Assembly: GCA_965223665.1 (NCBI GenBank)
Contig: OZ245011.1
Location: 1,664,001-1,728,000 of the forward strand
From: Nitrospinaceae bacterium
Lineage (GTDB): Bacteria; Nitrospinota; Nitrospinia; Nitrospinales; Nitrospinaceae
Length of the DNA: 64,000 bases
Reading direction: 5' to 3'
In this document: positions 21,339-30,897 of the stretch, one piece after another
How positions within the stretch are numbered: position 1 is the stretch's first letter
Layout: each line of letters starts with the position of its first letter
Notes under the pieces: generated by a model
What the model was told of the DNA's origin: nothing
The model's database searches: none
The model's input: only the letters and a program-made list of their open reading frames with translations
Made by a program: the position numbers and the translations under genes

Positions 21339-23063
21339 TTATTTAGATTCAGTATTGGGATCGTCTTTGAGTCGACGGGTGAAGGCAATGTTATTGAGAA
21401 CAACAGTCACGTTCGGGTGTGCTTTTCCTAAAGTCATTTGAAAAATAGGCAACGCTTTTGCAAAATAATCGATGGCTTTGTCGTAATCCCCTTTTTCTCT
21501 CCACGCGGCACCGAGGTTATTGTACCGGGTCCCCACATAATGATGATGCGGACCCCAGTTTTTGAGATCACTGGCCAGGGCCTTCTCAAAAAATTTAATC
21601 GCTTTGTCAAAATCTCCTTGCTCTTGCCAAGCGGATCCTACATTATTCCATCCGTTGGCAACATCGGGATGACCTTCTCCAAGCGTTAAAATATTTCTGG
21701 CAAGAGCTTTTTCAAAGTAGTGGATGGCTTTTTCGTTTTCACTTTTATTGTGCCAGGCCATTCCCAAACTGTTCCAATGATAGGCTAGATTCGGATGGTC
21801 TTCACCTAAAGTTTCGAGATCGCTGGCCAGGGCTTTTTCAAAATATTCGATGGCTTTATCGTACTCACCCATCGTATTCCACGCCAATCCCAGGTTGTTC
21901 CAATCTCGAGCGACACAAGGATGAACCTTTCCAAAAACTTTGAGATCACTCGCCAGTGCCTTTTCGAAATACTCAATGGCCTGGCCCGTCTCACCCAAAT
22001 TCTGCCAAGCCAATCCCAAATTATTCCACACAGTCGCAACACGGGGATGGTCTTTACCATACACCTCCTCATAAATGGGCAAACATTTTTTAAAATAGGC
22101 TATGGCTCTATCAAAATACCCTCTCGCCTTCCAAACCGTACCCACATTATGGCAACGGTGAGCCACATTCGGATGATTGGGGCCATAAGTTTTCAGGTCA
22201 CTTTGCAGAGCCTTTTCATAATATCCAATCGCTTTATCGAGTTCACCCTTATCCTGCCAAACATTTCCCAAATTACTCCATTGAATAGCCACCTCCGGAT
22301 GGTCCTGGTCATAATTTTTTAAATTAATGTCCAACGCTTTTTCTAAATACGCAAGTGCCTGATCGTATTCTCCCCTTTCTCTGCAAATCATTCCCAGATT
22401 ATTCAAATTGATAGCCACACTTGAATCTTCCTTCCCGTGATTTTGTATATTCGCATCCAATGCTTTTTCGTAGTACTCCATGGCCTTATCGTAGCGGCCA
22501 AGGGTTTTCAAAAGAATTCCAGTTTCGTTTAGATACAAACTATTTTCCGGAACCAGTTGCGTTGCACGTTCCATATATTCGAGAGCTTTGAGGTAATCGA
22601 TTTTATTTTCCGCTAGTTTTCCGAGTTGGTAGGCGGCTTCGGCGGCTTGTTCAATGGTATCTTTACTTTGATCTAAAGCTTTATGGAATAATTCTTCAGC
22701 TTTTTCAGTTTTTCCCTTTTTGAGCTGAGCTTCAGCTTCAGCTAACTGATCCTTAGTAATGGAAGGCTGGCGCTCTAAGGCTTCGGTGGCCTGGGCTAAA
22801 AGCTGTTGAGTGTTTTCTAAATCTTGTTGGACATTTTGTAGACGTGCTTCTGCATGATCCACTATTTTTTCTAAGAGAGCAATTTTTTCCTGATCCCGTT
22901 GCTGGCCTTTTTCATGCTCCCGTTTCAACTGCTCACGAACTTTGTGAACTTCCTTTTCCAATTCCGCCTTATGCCCGGCCAGCGGGATATTGTAATTATG
23001 GACGACTTTATCGCGTCCTACTTTATCGCCACCGACTTTGTCACCTTGAACATTATCGCCCAT
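21339..23063 (-). CDS. TPR protein with N-terminal GDKVG repeats and coiled coil
   Basis: Array of 42-aa units HPxVAxxWNNLGxAW...AIxYFEKAL; stop codon abuts the NACHT start. Confidence 0.92.
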   Translation of the reverse strand: MGDNVQGDKVGGDKVGRDKVVHNYNIPLAGHKAELEKEVHKVREQLKREHEKGQQRDQEKIALLEKIVDHAEARLQNVQQDLENTQQLLAQATEALERQPSITKDQLAEAEAQLKKGKTEKAEELFHKALDQSKDTIEQAAEAAYQLGKLAENKIDYLKALEYMERATQLVPENSLYLNETGILLKTLGRYDKAMEYYEKALDANIQNHGKEDSSVAINLNNLGMICRERGEYDQALAYLEKALDINLKNYDQDHPEVAIQWSNLGNVWQDKGELDKAIGYYEKALQSDLKTYGPNHPNVAHRCHNVGTVWKARGYFDRAIAYFKKCLPIYEEVYGKDHPRVATVWNNLGLAWQNLGETGQAIEYFEKALASDLKVFGKVHPCVARDWNNLGLAWNTMGEYDKAIEYFEKALASDLETLGEDHPNLAYHWNSLGMAWHNKSENEKAIHYFEKALARNILTLGEGHPDVANGWNNVGSAWQEQGDFDKAIKFFEKALASDLKNWGPHHHYVGTRYNNLGAAWREKGDYDKAIDYFAKALPIFQMTLGKAHPNVTVVLNNIAFTRRLKDDPNTESK

Positions 23064-23353
23064 CTATCCAATTCCTGCTAAATTGAAAAATGGAAAAGTT
23101 CTTATGTATTCAAACCTACTCCTTCTGCCAAAACGAATCAAGGAAAATATTGGTGAGGGGAACGGAACCGGCCAGTCTAAAAATGGGAACTCGGTTTAAA
23201 CAGGGAGTCATAGGGATTTTCCCGGTTTGTCTGTGGAAAAAAATAACGAGTTGGTTCTATATATAGGGCGTTTTCGCGGAGATTTCTATTTTACAATTTC
23301 CCCTGAAATGGTTTATTTTGTCCCCAGGTTCAACATCTAATGAGGGGTCATTT

Positions 23354-23818
23354 ATGCAAACTATACTTCCGTTTTTAAAAATTTTTGTTGCACCATCCAT
23401 CATTTTAATCGGATTGTGTTTCACCATCCGCCATTTTAAATTTGTCCGCGCCATTTCTTATCTCGAACGATTGAACAGTACCGAGATGATGAAAGTTCGT
23501 GCAGAAGTCGACGGCTGGTTAAGTTCCAAAGCAAGTGACGAAGAAAAACTGAACGCGATATTTTCGAATCCCGCACTCCATTTGCATTTAATCCTGCTCA
23601 CCAACCTGTTCACAGAGTTGGGAATCGCTTATAAATTTGGAGTGATCAACAAAAAGCTGACGTTTGAAGCGTGGGACCCGGTCCTTCCCCGATACTGGAA
23701 CCAACTGCAATTTTATTTTCAGGACAGCCGCATCAAAGGAAAACTAGGAAAACATTTCGGAAACATGGCCAAAGACATGATGGAACAATCCGACCATCCG
23801 GAAGAAAGATATATTTAG
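23354..23818 (+). CDS. Hypothetical membrane-anchored protein (DUF4760-like)
   Basis: GAGGGG SD before ATG 23354; N-terminal TM; NLFTELGIAYKFGVI pattern. Confidence 0.6.
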   Translation: MQTILPFLKIFVAPSIILIGLCFTIRHFKFVRAISYLERLNSTEMMKVRAEVDGWLSSKASDEEKLNAIFSNPALHLHLILLTNLFTELGIAYKFGVINKKLTFEAWDPVLPRYWNQLQFYFQDSRIKGKLGKHFGNMAKDMMEQSDHPEERYI

Positions 23819-23876
23819 AAACGTGCAATAGTAAGTAATCCTGGTAACTAATGGTTACAAAATTTTTACCTACACC

Positions 23877-23905
23877 TTGATTTGTACGGAAATTTTCCGT
23901 ATAAT
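23877..23905 (+). promoter_or_regulatory. Sigma-70 promoter with overlapping inverted-repeat operator of the TA operon
   Basis: TTGATT-N17-TATAAT; palindrome TACGGAAA-T-TTTCCGTA at 23885-23901. Confidence 0.7.
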
Positions 23906-23931
23906 ATGGAAATTCATTAAAGGAACTGACT

Positions 23932-24225
23932 ATGAAACCGGAAAATCCATCCACCAAATCGGCCCGTTTTGAAGCAAGAATCACGGAAGAACAAAAGGCC
24001 ATTTTCCAAAGGGCCGCGGCATTGGGGGGCCACCGGTCTCTCACGGAATTTGTCATTGAAAGCGCTCAGGAAAAAGCCAATGCCCTGATACAAGAGCATG
24101 ATATCCTTCGTTTATCGGCGAAAGACAAAAAATTGTTCGTCGAAGCACTTTTAAATCCTCCGGCCCCCAATGCCAGGTTGAAGCAAGCCGCAAAACGCTA
24201 TAAAAAACTGGCGCCGCGTGGGTGA
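23932..24225 (+). CDS. DUF1778 (TacA/AtaR-like) RHH antitoxin
   Basis: KSARFEARIT...IFQRAAAL...SLTEFVIESA...FVEALLNPPAPNARL. Confidence 0.92.
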   Translation: MKPENPSTKSARFEARITEEQKAIFQRAAALGGHRSLTEFVIESAQEKANALIQEHDILRLSAKDKKLFVEALLNPPAPNARLKQAAKRYKKLAPRG

Positions 24226-24721
24226 GTTCCTTCCTCTAACCGAAGCATTACGCGCCAAACATAAACGGGGACACTTTACCTGCGGCGAACCTGCGCTGGA
24301 TATCTATCTAAAACAATTCGCCAGGCAGGATCAAAAAAGACGTGTCGCTGCGGTGTTTGTGTTGGCCGATGCAGCGAATCGTATTCAGGGTTATTACACA
24401 CTTTCCGCAGCCCATATATCTTCCGAGATTTTGCCGGAATCTCTATCTAAAAAACTTCCGAAACATTCATTTCAACCGGCCACGTTGTTGGGTCGACTGG
24501 CGGTGGATCAAGCTTTTCAAAACCAGGGGATGGGTGAAACGTTACTCATGGATGCCTTGCATAGAAGTTTTTTACTTTCGGACCAAATCGGTTCTATCGC
24601 GGTGATTGTAGATGCTTTGAATAAAAAAGCGGCTAAATTCTATACTCCATACGGGTTCATTCCCCTGACCGGCAGCAAACGATTGTTCCTTCCCATACAA
24701 ACTATCGCTAAACTATTTTAA
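24218..24721 (+). CDS. GNAT-family toxin (TacT/AtaT-like)
   Basis: FTCGEPALDIYL, GYYTLSA, LLGRLAVD..FQNQGMG, VDALN..A..FY..YGF; overlaps the antitoxin gene. Confidence 0.92.
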   Translation: MGEFLPLTEALRAKHKRGHFTCGEPALDIYLKQFARQDQKRRVAAVFVLADAANRIQGYYTLSAAHISSEILPESLSKKLPKHSFQPATLLGRLAVDQAFQNQGMGETLLMDALHRSFLLSDQIGSIAVIVDALNKKAAKFYTPYGFIPLTGSKRLFLPIQTIAKLF

Positions 24722-24752
24722 ATTGTAATGACTATAGTTTATGGATTGCAAA

Positions 24753-25151
24753 CTAAAGACAAAATATTAAATGGAAGGGAACATTCTCTTTTCGCCATTC
24801 ATCTGAGGCAAAAAGCCAGGATGAAATAAGTTTGCCTGCGGTAAGCGTTGCATTTTTCCAAAGTACTCCGGAATTTGATAAAAGCAACACATAGCCTTTG
24901 GCAGGCCACCACTCCAAATCCCCCAAACATTCATCCAAAGCATCCCAATTGTTTCCAAAGTAATCCGGAAATTTTAAGGCTTGAGCTAAAACAGCAAATA
25001 GATCGGAGTCATTCGAAATAGAAGCGGCATTAGCTTCGATTAAAGTGAGAGAAGAGTTTTGAACTTTCTCTCGCAAAGCGTTCCATTCGTCTTGAGAAAT
25101 AAAATGAACACACTCGGCGGATGGGTTTTCGAGAATTTTGAAATGAATCAT
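24753..25151 (-). CDS. Barstar-family protein
   Basis: LKFPDYFGNNWDALDECLGDLEW barstar signature. Confidence 0.9.
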   Translation of the reverse strand: MIHFKILENPSAECVHFISQDEWNALREKVQNSSLTLIEANAASISNDSDLFAVLAQALKFPDYFGNNWDALDECLGDLEWWPAKGYVLLLSNSGVLWKNATLTAGKLISSWLFASDEWRKENVPFHLIFCL

Positions 25152-25276
25152 TGTACCTCAGAAATTTCCATGGTTTCACCATCTTTAATATGAGCGGCTT
25201 TCTTCTCATCCAAATAAATACCCAGACTCCCCACCACTTGATCGCCCGTGTCTCTGTAAATGATAAGGCTACTCAT
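25148..25276 (-). pseudogene. Truncated copy of the 26038-26481 gene
   Basis: MSSLIIYRDTGDQVVGSLGIYLDEKKAA identical to the paralog, then ends after 42 aa at the barstar start. Confidence 0.75.
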
Positions 25277-26036
25277 CGTTTGGTGGCTCTTCACTTTGAG
25301 AATCCATATAGATTCTTTCTGTATCCCCGAATCCTGCATACTTTTTTGTTTTTAGTTTACCGTCTGGATAGTAATAATATTCATACGCCCGTTTCATTTT
25401 CCCCTTATCAAAATTTTCGATGCGATATAGCTTTCCTTTCTCATCATAATAAAGGACAGAATAAAATGAATAAACTCCAGCCAGGACATCTTCCGGAAGT
25501 AATTCTCCTTTAACTCTGGGGAATAATCTAGACTTATGACTACTTTTTGCGATTCGATAGTATTTTTTTTCTTTTTTCCCGGTGGGAGTTATTTTTCGGG
25601 ATTTTATATATTTATCAACTGGCTCTCCATCCGGATCAAAACGATATCTTTTTGCAATTTTATTACCCGAATAAATTGTTCTTGCTTCTCTAAGTATTCC
25701 GTTTCCATGATACAGGTACTCATATTCTAATCGTTTTTCATCCTTAAAATATTTTTCTATTCTATGTAACTGACCTTTTTCATTGTAGTGCCCAATATAG
25801 TAGGAATCGTTGGTCGATAATGCCTCTTCTTTTGAAAAAGGTTCCACCAATTGGAAAGGTAAATATTTAGGATGCAAATGTTCCCCGGTGAATCCTGAAT
25901 AGTACAGAGCTTGCTTTTCCCCGGTAGCAGGAATTGTAGGCGCCATACGATTAGCCTTTCCGGCACAACCCACTCCAATCAGTAGAACGCAACCCAGCAC
26001 TATATAAATGAACCTGAAATTTTTCCTGGAAATCAA
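25269..26036 (-). CDS. Lipoprotein with two DUF6156-like domains
   Basis: Lipobox-like GVGC; two units of YDEKGxLxRIExF...YEYxYxxxG; paralog of 26474-26893 and 26910-27371. Confidence 0.7.
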   Translation of the reverse strand: MISRKNFRFIYIVLGCVLLIGVGCAGKANRMAPTIPATGEKQALYYSGFTGEHLHPKYLPFQLVEPFSKEEALSTNDSYYIGHYNEKGQLHRIEKYFKDEKRLEYEYLYHGNGILREARTIYSGNKIAKRYRFDPDGEPVDKYIKSRKITPTGKKEKKYYRIAKSSHKSRLFPRVKGELLPEDVLAGVYSFYSVLYYDEKGKLYRIENFDKGKMKRAYEYYYYPDGKLKTKKYAGFGDTERIYMDSQSEEPPNDE

Positions 26037-26037
26037 T

Positions 26038-26481
26038 TCAAAACTCGAAATTTAATAAATCGATTAAACCCAATATCCAAAAAATTAAAAATATGCAAAG
26101 TATAAAAACAACAAAAAGCTTATCTCTTCTGGAAATTTTTCTATCGATTCTCTCAGGGAAAGATTCTTCGCTTTCCAATTTAGACAGATAGATTGCATTT
26201 AACTTCTTGTAATGCCCATAGAAATAAAAAAGTCTTTCCACAAAATTTGTTGGCTCGTTATAGCAGTAAAACTTTAAAGACTCTCCTTTAGAGATATTAA
26301 ATGAAATCGTTTTCGTATGAGAATAACCATTATTGATTTGAAGGTCATGATCACCCGGCTGTATGGGAATTTCCACGGTTTCACCATCTTTTATAAGAGC
26401 GGCTTTCTTCTCATCCAAATAAATACCCAGACTCCCCACCACTTGATCGCCCGTGTCTCTGTAAATGATAAGGCTACTCAT
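26038..26481 (-). CDS. Hypothetical protein, beta-rich N-terminus and C-terminal TM anchor
   Basis: ATG at 26481 overlaps the upstream stop; IKDGETVEIPIQPGDHDL; hydrophobic C-terminus. Confidence 0.7.
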   Translation of the reverse strand: MSSLIIYRDTGDQVVGSLGIYLDEKKAALIKDGETVEIPIQPGDHDLQINNGYSHTKTISFNISKGESLKFYCYNEPTNFVERLFYFYGHYKKLNAIYLSKLESEESFPERIDRKISRRDKLFVVFILCIFLIFWILGLIDLLNFEF

Positions 26482-26893
26482 CGTTTGGTGGCTCTTCATT
26501 TTGTGGGAAAACATAAATTGCAATAGAGTCTCCATATGCGGCATACTCTTTCGCTTTTTTAAGTTTTCCATCTGGATAGAAATAATACTCGCGTACCCAT
26601 TTCATTTCCCCCTTATCGAATTTTTCGATGCGATACAGCATTCCTTTTCTATCATAAAATCCCACATAGTAAGGCTCACCTCTGGATAACGCTTCTTTTT
26701 TGGTAAGAGGTTTTGCTAATTCAAGAGGGAAAGTCGAAGGATCCCATTTTCGCCCAATATATCCTCCGTAATATGAAATCCGCGATTCGTCTGTCTCGTC
26801 CACCATGGAAGGTTTCTTGGTTGGAAGAAACCCACTCTGGGCAACCCACAAAACCAGTAACAACGTTAAATAAATCAGGAAATTTTTTTTCAT
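26474..26893 (-). CDS. Exported DUF6156-like protein
   Basis: Signal/TM; PLELAKPLTKKEALSR..YYVGFYDRKGMLYRIEKF. Confidence 0.7.
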   Translation of the reverse strand: MKKNFLIYLTLLLVLWVAQSGFLPTKKPSMVDETDESRISYYGGYIGRKWDPSTFPLELAKPLTKKEALSRGEPYYVGFYDRKGMLYRIEKFDKGEMKWVREYYFYPDGKLKKAKEYAAYGDSIAIYVFPQNEEPPNDE

Positions 26894-26909
26894 CTATGCA
26901 ACATCCTTT

Positions 26910-27371
26910 TCATTTCTTTTTCTGGTGTTTTCTGTAGATTCGCTCTCCACCATTAAGTGCCTCTCCATTCCGGTCAAAATAACTAGAATATTCTTCCTCC
27001 GTGTCCGGGTGAATCACAATGGCTTCTTTAAGGCTGCCATTCTCGTGGTAAAGATAGTCATGTCCCCAATGCATTTTTCCTCTATAGAATTTTTCTATCT
27101 GGTATAACTGCCCTTTTTCATCATAATACCCAATGATATAAGCAGCGTCTCTGGACAATGCCTCCTTTTTGGAAAGAGGCCCTACCAATTTTAATGGGAG
27201 GAAGTAAGGGTCAAAATTTTGCCCGGTAAATCCCGAATAATATTTAGCCTGCTTTTCTCCGGTTGCAGGAATGGTGGGCGCCATACGATTTACCTTTCCC
27301 AGGCAACCCATTCCCATCAGCAGAATGAAACACAGCACGAAATTAATGGACTTATATTTTTTCATATTCAT
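26910..27371 (-). CDS. Lipoprotein, DUF6156-like
   Basis: GMGC lipobox-like; PLKLVGPLSKKEALSR..YIIGYYDEKGQLYQIEKF. Confidence 0.72.
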   Translation of the reverse strand: MNMKKYKSINFVLCFILLMGMGCLGKVNRMAPTIPATGEKQAKYYSGFTGQNFDPYFLPLKLVGPLSKKEALSRDAAYIIGYYDEKGQLYQIEKFYRGKMHWGHDYLYHENGSLKEAIVIHPDTEEEYSSYFDRNGEALNGGERIYRKHQKKK

Positions 27372-28160
27372 TCACCGAAGAACATCCCACCGATAGTCGC
27401 AGGGGGATTTTAAGACTGGTTCAGGATCGGTTCCATCAGGCCAGCGCCTGATTCTAGAGTATAGACCCGAATAGTTTCCGGGACTGTGTATCGTCACAAA
27501 ATTTGCAATAATTCCCTTTACATCCAATCGCATATTCGCAGTGGAACAAGCCACATCAGGAGGAAGAACTGATTTTGATTTATTTTTCAAAGTCGACCTA
27601 AGGATTCCCCAGGATTTCTTAACTAAATCAGTTAACTTCTTAAACTCAGTATCAGAAGCGTAAAGCCTCAAATCACCATAGTGTATCCTTTGATCACTAT
27701 CAATATAAAGGGTTTCACTTCTTCCATCCTTCATTCTTAAAACCAATTTAATTATAAAATTTACAATTTCTGACTCAGAATCGCGGAAACCCAAAAAATG
27801 TCCGATTGACTTTTTAATCCTATAAGTTTTGCTGTTTTTTAAATAGAGTCTGCTGGTTTTAAAAATTTGATGCACAATTTTTCTGATCTCCGGAACCCAA
27901 ATTGGGCTCCTAAAGTAAGTTACGGTATAAGGGCTTTCTGATATCTTCTCCTTAGTAGCTAATCTAGCATGTCGACGACTGGGATAGTTATAGTGAACCC
28001 ATATATAGTCGATTTCCCCCTGCGTAAATTGATTGGTATCTTTTTGAAACTCGGGAGGAATTGATTTAGGCTTTCCAACACAACCCATTCCCCAAAATAG
28101 AAGAAGAATCAGTGCTAAATAAGCCAAGCCTCTTTCATTTATTTTCCTAAAAGAATTCAA
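27372..28160 (-). CDS. Hypothetical lipoprotein
   Basis: GMGCVGK signal like neighbouring lipoproteins; 262-aa ORF. Confidence 0.65.
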   Translation of the reverse strand: MNSFRKINERGLAYLALILLLFWGMGCVGKPKSIPPEFQKDTNQFTQGEIDYIWVHYNYPSRRHARLATKEKISESPYTVTYFRSPIWVPEIRKIVHQIFKTSRLYLKNSKTYRIKKSIGHFLGFRDSESEIVNFIIKLVLRMKDGRSETLYIDSDQRIHYGDLRLYASDTEFKKLTDLVKKSWGILRSTLKNKSKSVLPPDVACSTANMRLDVKGIIANFVTIHSPGNYSGLYSRIRRWPDGTDPEPVLKSPCDYRWDVLR

Positions 28161-28169
28161 TGGAAAAAG

Positions 28170-28373
28170 TTATTCACTTTTCGATGCGGAATGGAAAACG
28201 TTATCCTTATAATTCTTTTGCAGTTCTTTCTTTTTCAGGTTTTCTTTTTTCGGGTAAACGCGAGTCATGGTCCAACGACTGGAGCATCCCACTCCCACAC
28301 ACACGATAAGAACAAGCGCCCCAACGACGCGACTGAACGGTTTCATCCATCTCCCTCCCAGGTGATGATTCAA
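28170..28373 (-). CDS. Short lipoprotein or gene fragment
   Basis: GGAGG before MKPFSR; GVGC lipobox-like; very short mature part. Confidence 0.4.
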   Translation of the reverse strand: MNHHLGGRWMKPFSRVVGALVLIVCVGVGCSSRWTMTRVYPKKENLKKKELQKNYKDNVFHSASKSE

Positions 28374-28547
28374 ATGAATTTCACCCGATTATATCTCACC
28401 CTTTTAAAGAACAGGAGCTGAAAAACGCGATTAGTTAGGGGTCGGACTCAAAAAACTTAACCAAGTTTGTGAGGAAACACAGTTTTTATCGGATACAGGA
28501 TTATTTCAACCCTGCACTATAGTAATGTTGAGAGTATTTTGTCTTTA

Positions 28548-29231
28548 TTAATCCGAATTTGGTGGTGATGGATAAATAACAGCCCAATCGTAAGAAGATG
28601 TCTCGTTCTTCTTTACAAAAAACTTTTTATCTAAGTTATTTACCAATTGCGCAACATGCACATATGCCGGCCATTCTTCAATCTTAAATATCGAAACTCC
28701 TTTTGTCCTGGTAGCTAGTATCACTTTATTGCACTCTTTTCCATACATTAGGACAGTGGGTAAAATATCAACAATCATATAACCATCTTTATTCGGGCCT
28801 ATTAGCTTCTTGAACTTATAACAAGCCCGAGTCAGCCTAAATTCATCCGTACAGTCCCCATCTGCAAGATAAAAATCAGGCTTTTTTACCTGACACCCTT
28901 TCCTTGTATAAAAGGGACAACACACTTTTCGTAACTTGGTTTCTTGATCTTCTTTAATATTTATAATTTGAAGATCTCGAAAGGTGGCATCACTTTTTTC
29001 TATAACCGAATTTATTCGGTTCAAAAGGTCCTCATCCATTTCGTTGGATGAAGTCTTAAAACAAAGGGAAGTAAAAGATTCTTTTTCTACCCTCATCTGC
29101 GCTAAATAAACCCGATGAACTTCCTCTGCGTTCAAGAGCAATTCCAGCAATGCCTGCTTCAGTTTGTTTTCCTCAAGCCCAACTCGCTCTTCAACAAAAA
29201 TAATATCTTTAGGATCGCTAATGAATTTCAT
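28548..29231 (-). CDS. Hypothetical protein, N-terminus resembles SseB C-terminal domain
   Basis: 227-aa ORF; E.KLKQALLELL....VHRVYLAQ pattern. Confidence 0.55.
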   Translation of the reverse strand: MKFISDPKDIIFVEERVGLEENKLKQALLELLLNAEEVHRVYLAQMRVEKESFTSLCFKTSSNEMDEDLLNRINSVIEKSDATFRDLQIINIKEDQETKLRKVCCPFYTRKGCQVKKPDFYLADGDCTDEFRLTRACYKFKKLIGPNKDGYMIVDILPTVLMYGKECNKVILATRTKGVSIFKIEEWPAYVHVAQLVNNLDKKFFVKKNETSSYDWAVIYPSPPNSD

Positions 29232-29266
29232 TTTTTACTAGATATTCTTATTAAGAATAATGGTTT

Positions 29267-29656
29267 TCATTTCAGGTTCACCCAGCACTCTCGGTCAGTC
29301 GACCACCTTACGCCTTTCGGTTCAATGACCCAATCTCCACTTTCAGATTTTTCCTTTTCAAGCATTTTCTCAACATCCGCTTTATTGAATTTATGAATTA
29401 CTTTCCGGTTTGATAAAACTTCAATTTTTTTTATAGATGAGTTTTCTTTTCCCAGGGATTGGGATTGACACAAGTAGATGAGACCTGTCTTTTTAGTCCC
29501 ATCCTCGTAATACACATTCAATTCAATATTATGAGAATATTCATTTCTTAAACTAGGACCATAGTTAAAAACGCATCCAAATAAATTTAAAATTAAAACA
29601 AAACAAAAAATAAATTGGCTGAGTTTATTCATCACTTTCCATTGGTTTTTTCCCAA
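29267..29656 (-). CDS. Hypothetical lipoprotein
   Basis: LNLFGC lipobox. Confidence 0.65.
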   Translation of the reverse strand: MGKNQWKVMNKLSQFIFCFVLILNLFGCVFNYGPSLRNEYSHNIELNVYYEDGTKKTGLIYLCQSQSLGKENSSIKKIEVLSNRKVIHKFNKADVEKMLEKEKSESGDWVIEPKGVRWSTDRECWVNLK

Positions 29657-29680
29657 CCTTAAATTCCATAAGATTCCTTT

Positions 29681-30085
29681 CTATTCCCCACCAAAAGCCG
29701 TGAGTATTTGACCTGATTGCGCATCCACAAATACACTGAGATTTCCTCCCACCATTAATTTTTTGGGTGCTAAAAAAACCATCCAATAAACTTTCCCTTC
29801 AAGCTTTTTTTTATGAAGTACAGAATCCTTATCACCCTGCAAAGGAACTTTTGGCAAACTAGAGTTCCATGGAACAGAATGCAGAGAAGTTTTTATTTTC
29901 ATAGTTTTTACATCGAAACCCCATTTAATGGCTTCTTGTTTTGCAATTTCTATTGCATCCTCCTTACTGATGGAGGGTTTCTTAGCCATACTATTTTCGG
30001 TTTCATGAGCATCCGTATTTACCGAAGACAAAAAGCAAACAAAGAATGCCAATAAAATAATCGATTTAATTATTTCTCTTTTCAT
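29681..30085 (-). CDS. Exported PepSY-like protein
   Basis: Signal peptide; ISKEDAIEIAK...WMV...VFVDAQSGQIL. Confidence 0.6.
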   Translation of the reverse strand: MKREIIKSIILLAFFVCFLSSVNTDAHETENSMAKKPSISKEDAIEIAKQEAIKWGFDVKTMKIKTSLHSVPWNSSLPKVPLQGDKDSVLHKKKLEGKVYWMVFLAPKKLMVGGNLSVFVDAQSGQILTAFGGE

Positions 30086-30100
30086 ATTTATCTCACTGAA

Positions 30101-30655
30101 TTAAACAGCACCCTGCTCACGGGGTTGATGATGAAGGAACATCACAAGATCACGCACGGTATTCACTTTGTCGTAATAAGGATTCTGTTCGTAGTTATCC
30201 AAACTCCGTTGAGTGCGGAGTGTAAGTTGGTCCGCGACCATATATTCAAAATCCTCTTCATCAATTTCCAGATCATCAAAGATGTGATCGTCTGCTCGAA
30301 TGGGAACTATCATATCCTCATATCTTACATACATCTGTAACTGTTCATAAACCGCACGAAGGATACGGGTATCCAGTTTTCTATAGTCAAAGGAACGAGC
30401 AAAGTTGCATATGGATTCCCCCTGCCTGCTTTGGACAAGTTCTTCAATTCGCTGCTTATTTTTTCTATCGAAATACCAAAATAAAAGTGCCAATAAAAAG
30501 ACAGGAATCAACACTAAAGGGTAAGACACTATAAACACCAGAGCACAAATACCTATAAGCACCAAAAAACTATTACCGATCGAATCCACCACATTCATTT
30601 TGATTTTTTGATCGTGTTTGGAATCTTTCTCTCTTTTTCTCGAAGGTTCTTTCAT
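30101..30655 (-). CDS. Membrane protein with acyl-carrier-like C-terminal region
   Basis: GAGGAGG SD before ATG 30655; two TMs; ADDHIFDDLEIDEED...TVRDLVMFL. Confidence 0.65.
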   Translation of the reverse strand: MKEPSRKREKDSKHDQKIKMNVVDSIGNSFLVLIGICALVFIVSYPLVLIPVFLLALLFWYFDRKNKQRIEELVQSRQGESICNFARSFDYRKLDTRILRAVYEQLQMYVRYEDMIVPIRADDHIFDDLEIDEEDFEYMVADQLTLRTQRSLDNYEQNPYYDKVNTVRDLVMFLHHQPREQGAV

Positions 30656-30696
30656 AGTGGTTTCCTCCTCATTATTATCTTTTTGTGAATCCAGAG

Positions 30697-30897
30697 TTAT
30701 GCTGAGTTTTGGCGAGTGAGTGGCCAGTCGATAAAAGAGAACACCCACAGGAATATCACATTCACCAGGGGCACCAGGGTCAACAGTCCCCACCAAACCG
30801 AGAAGCCGGCTTTGCGCAATACGATCGTGGCGATGATCGACGGCGGCAACACAATTCCAAAAATCAAAAACGTTTCGGGTAATCCTAAAGGCATCAT
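30697..30897 (-). CDS. Small membrane protein
   Basis: RKAGFSVWWGLLTLVPLVNVIFLWVFSFIDWP; related to 31132-31332. Confidence 0.7.
   Translation of the reverse strand: MMPLGLPETFLIFGIVLPPSIIATIVLRKAGFSVWWGLLTLVPLVNVIFLWVFSFIDWPLTRQNSA

Noticed and set aside
23932-24721. Functional link between the GNAT toxin and the Rtc system
   Set aside because: They are about 27 kb apart, and TacT/AtaT-type toxins acetylate aminoacyl-tRNA rather than cleave RNA, so there is no support beyond co-location.
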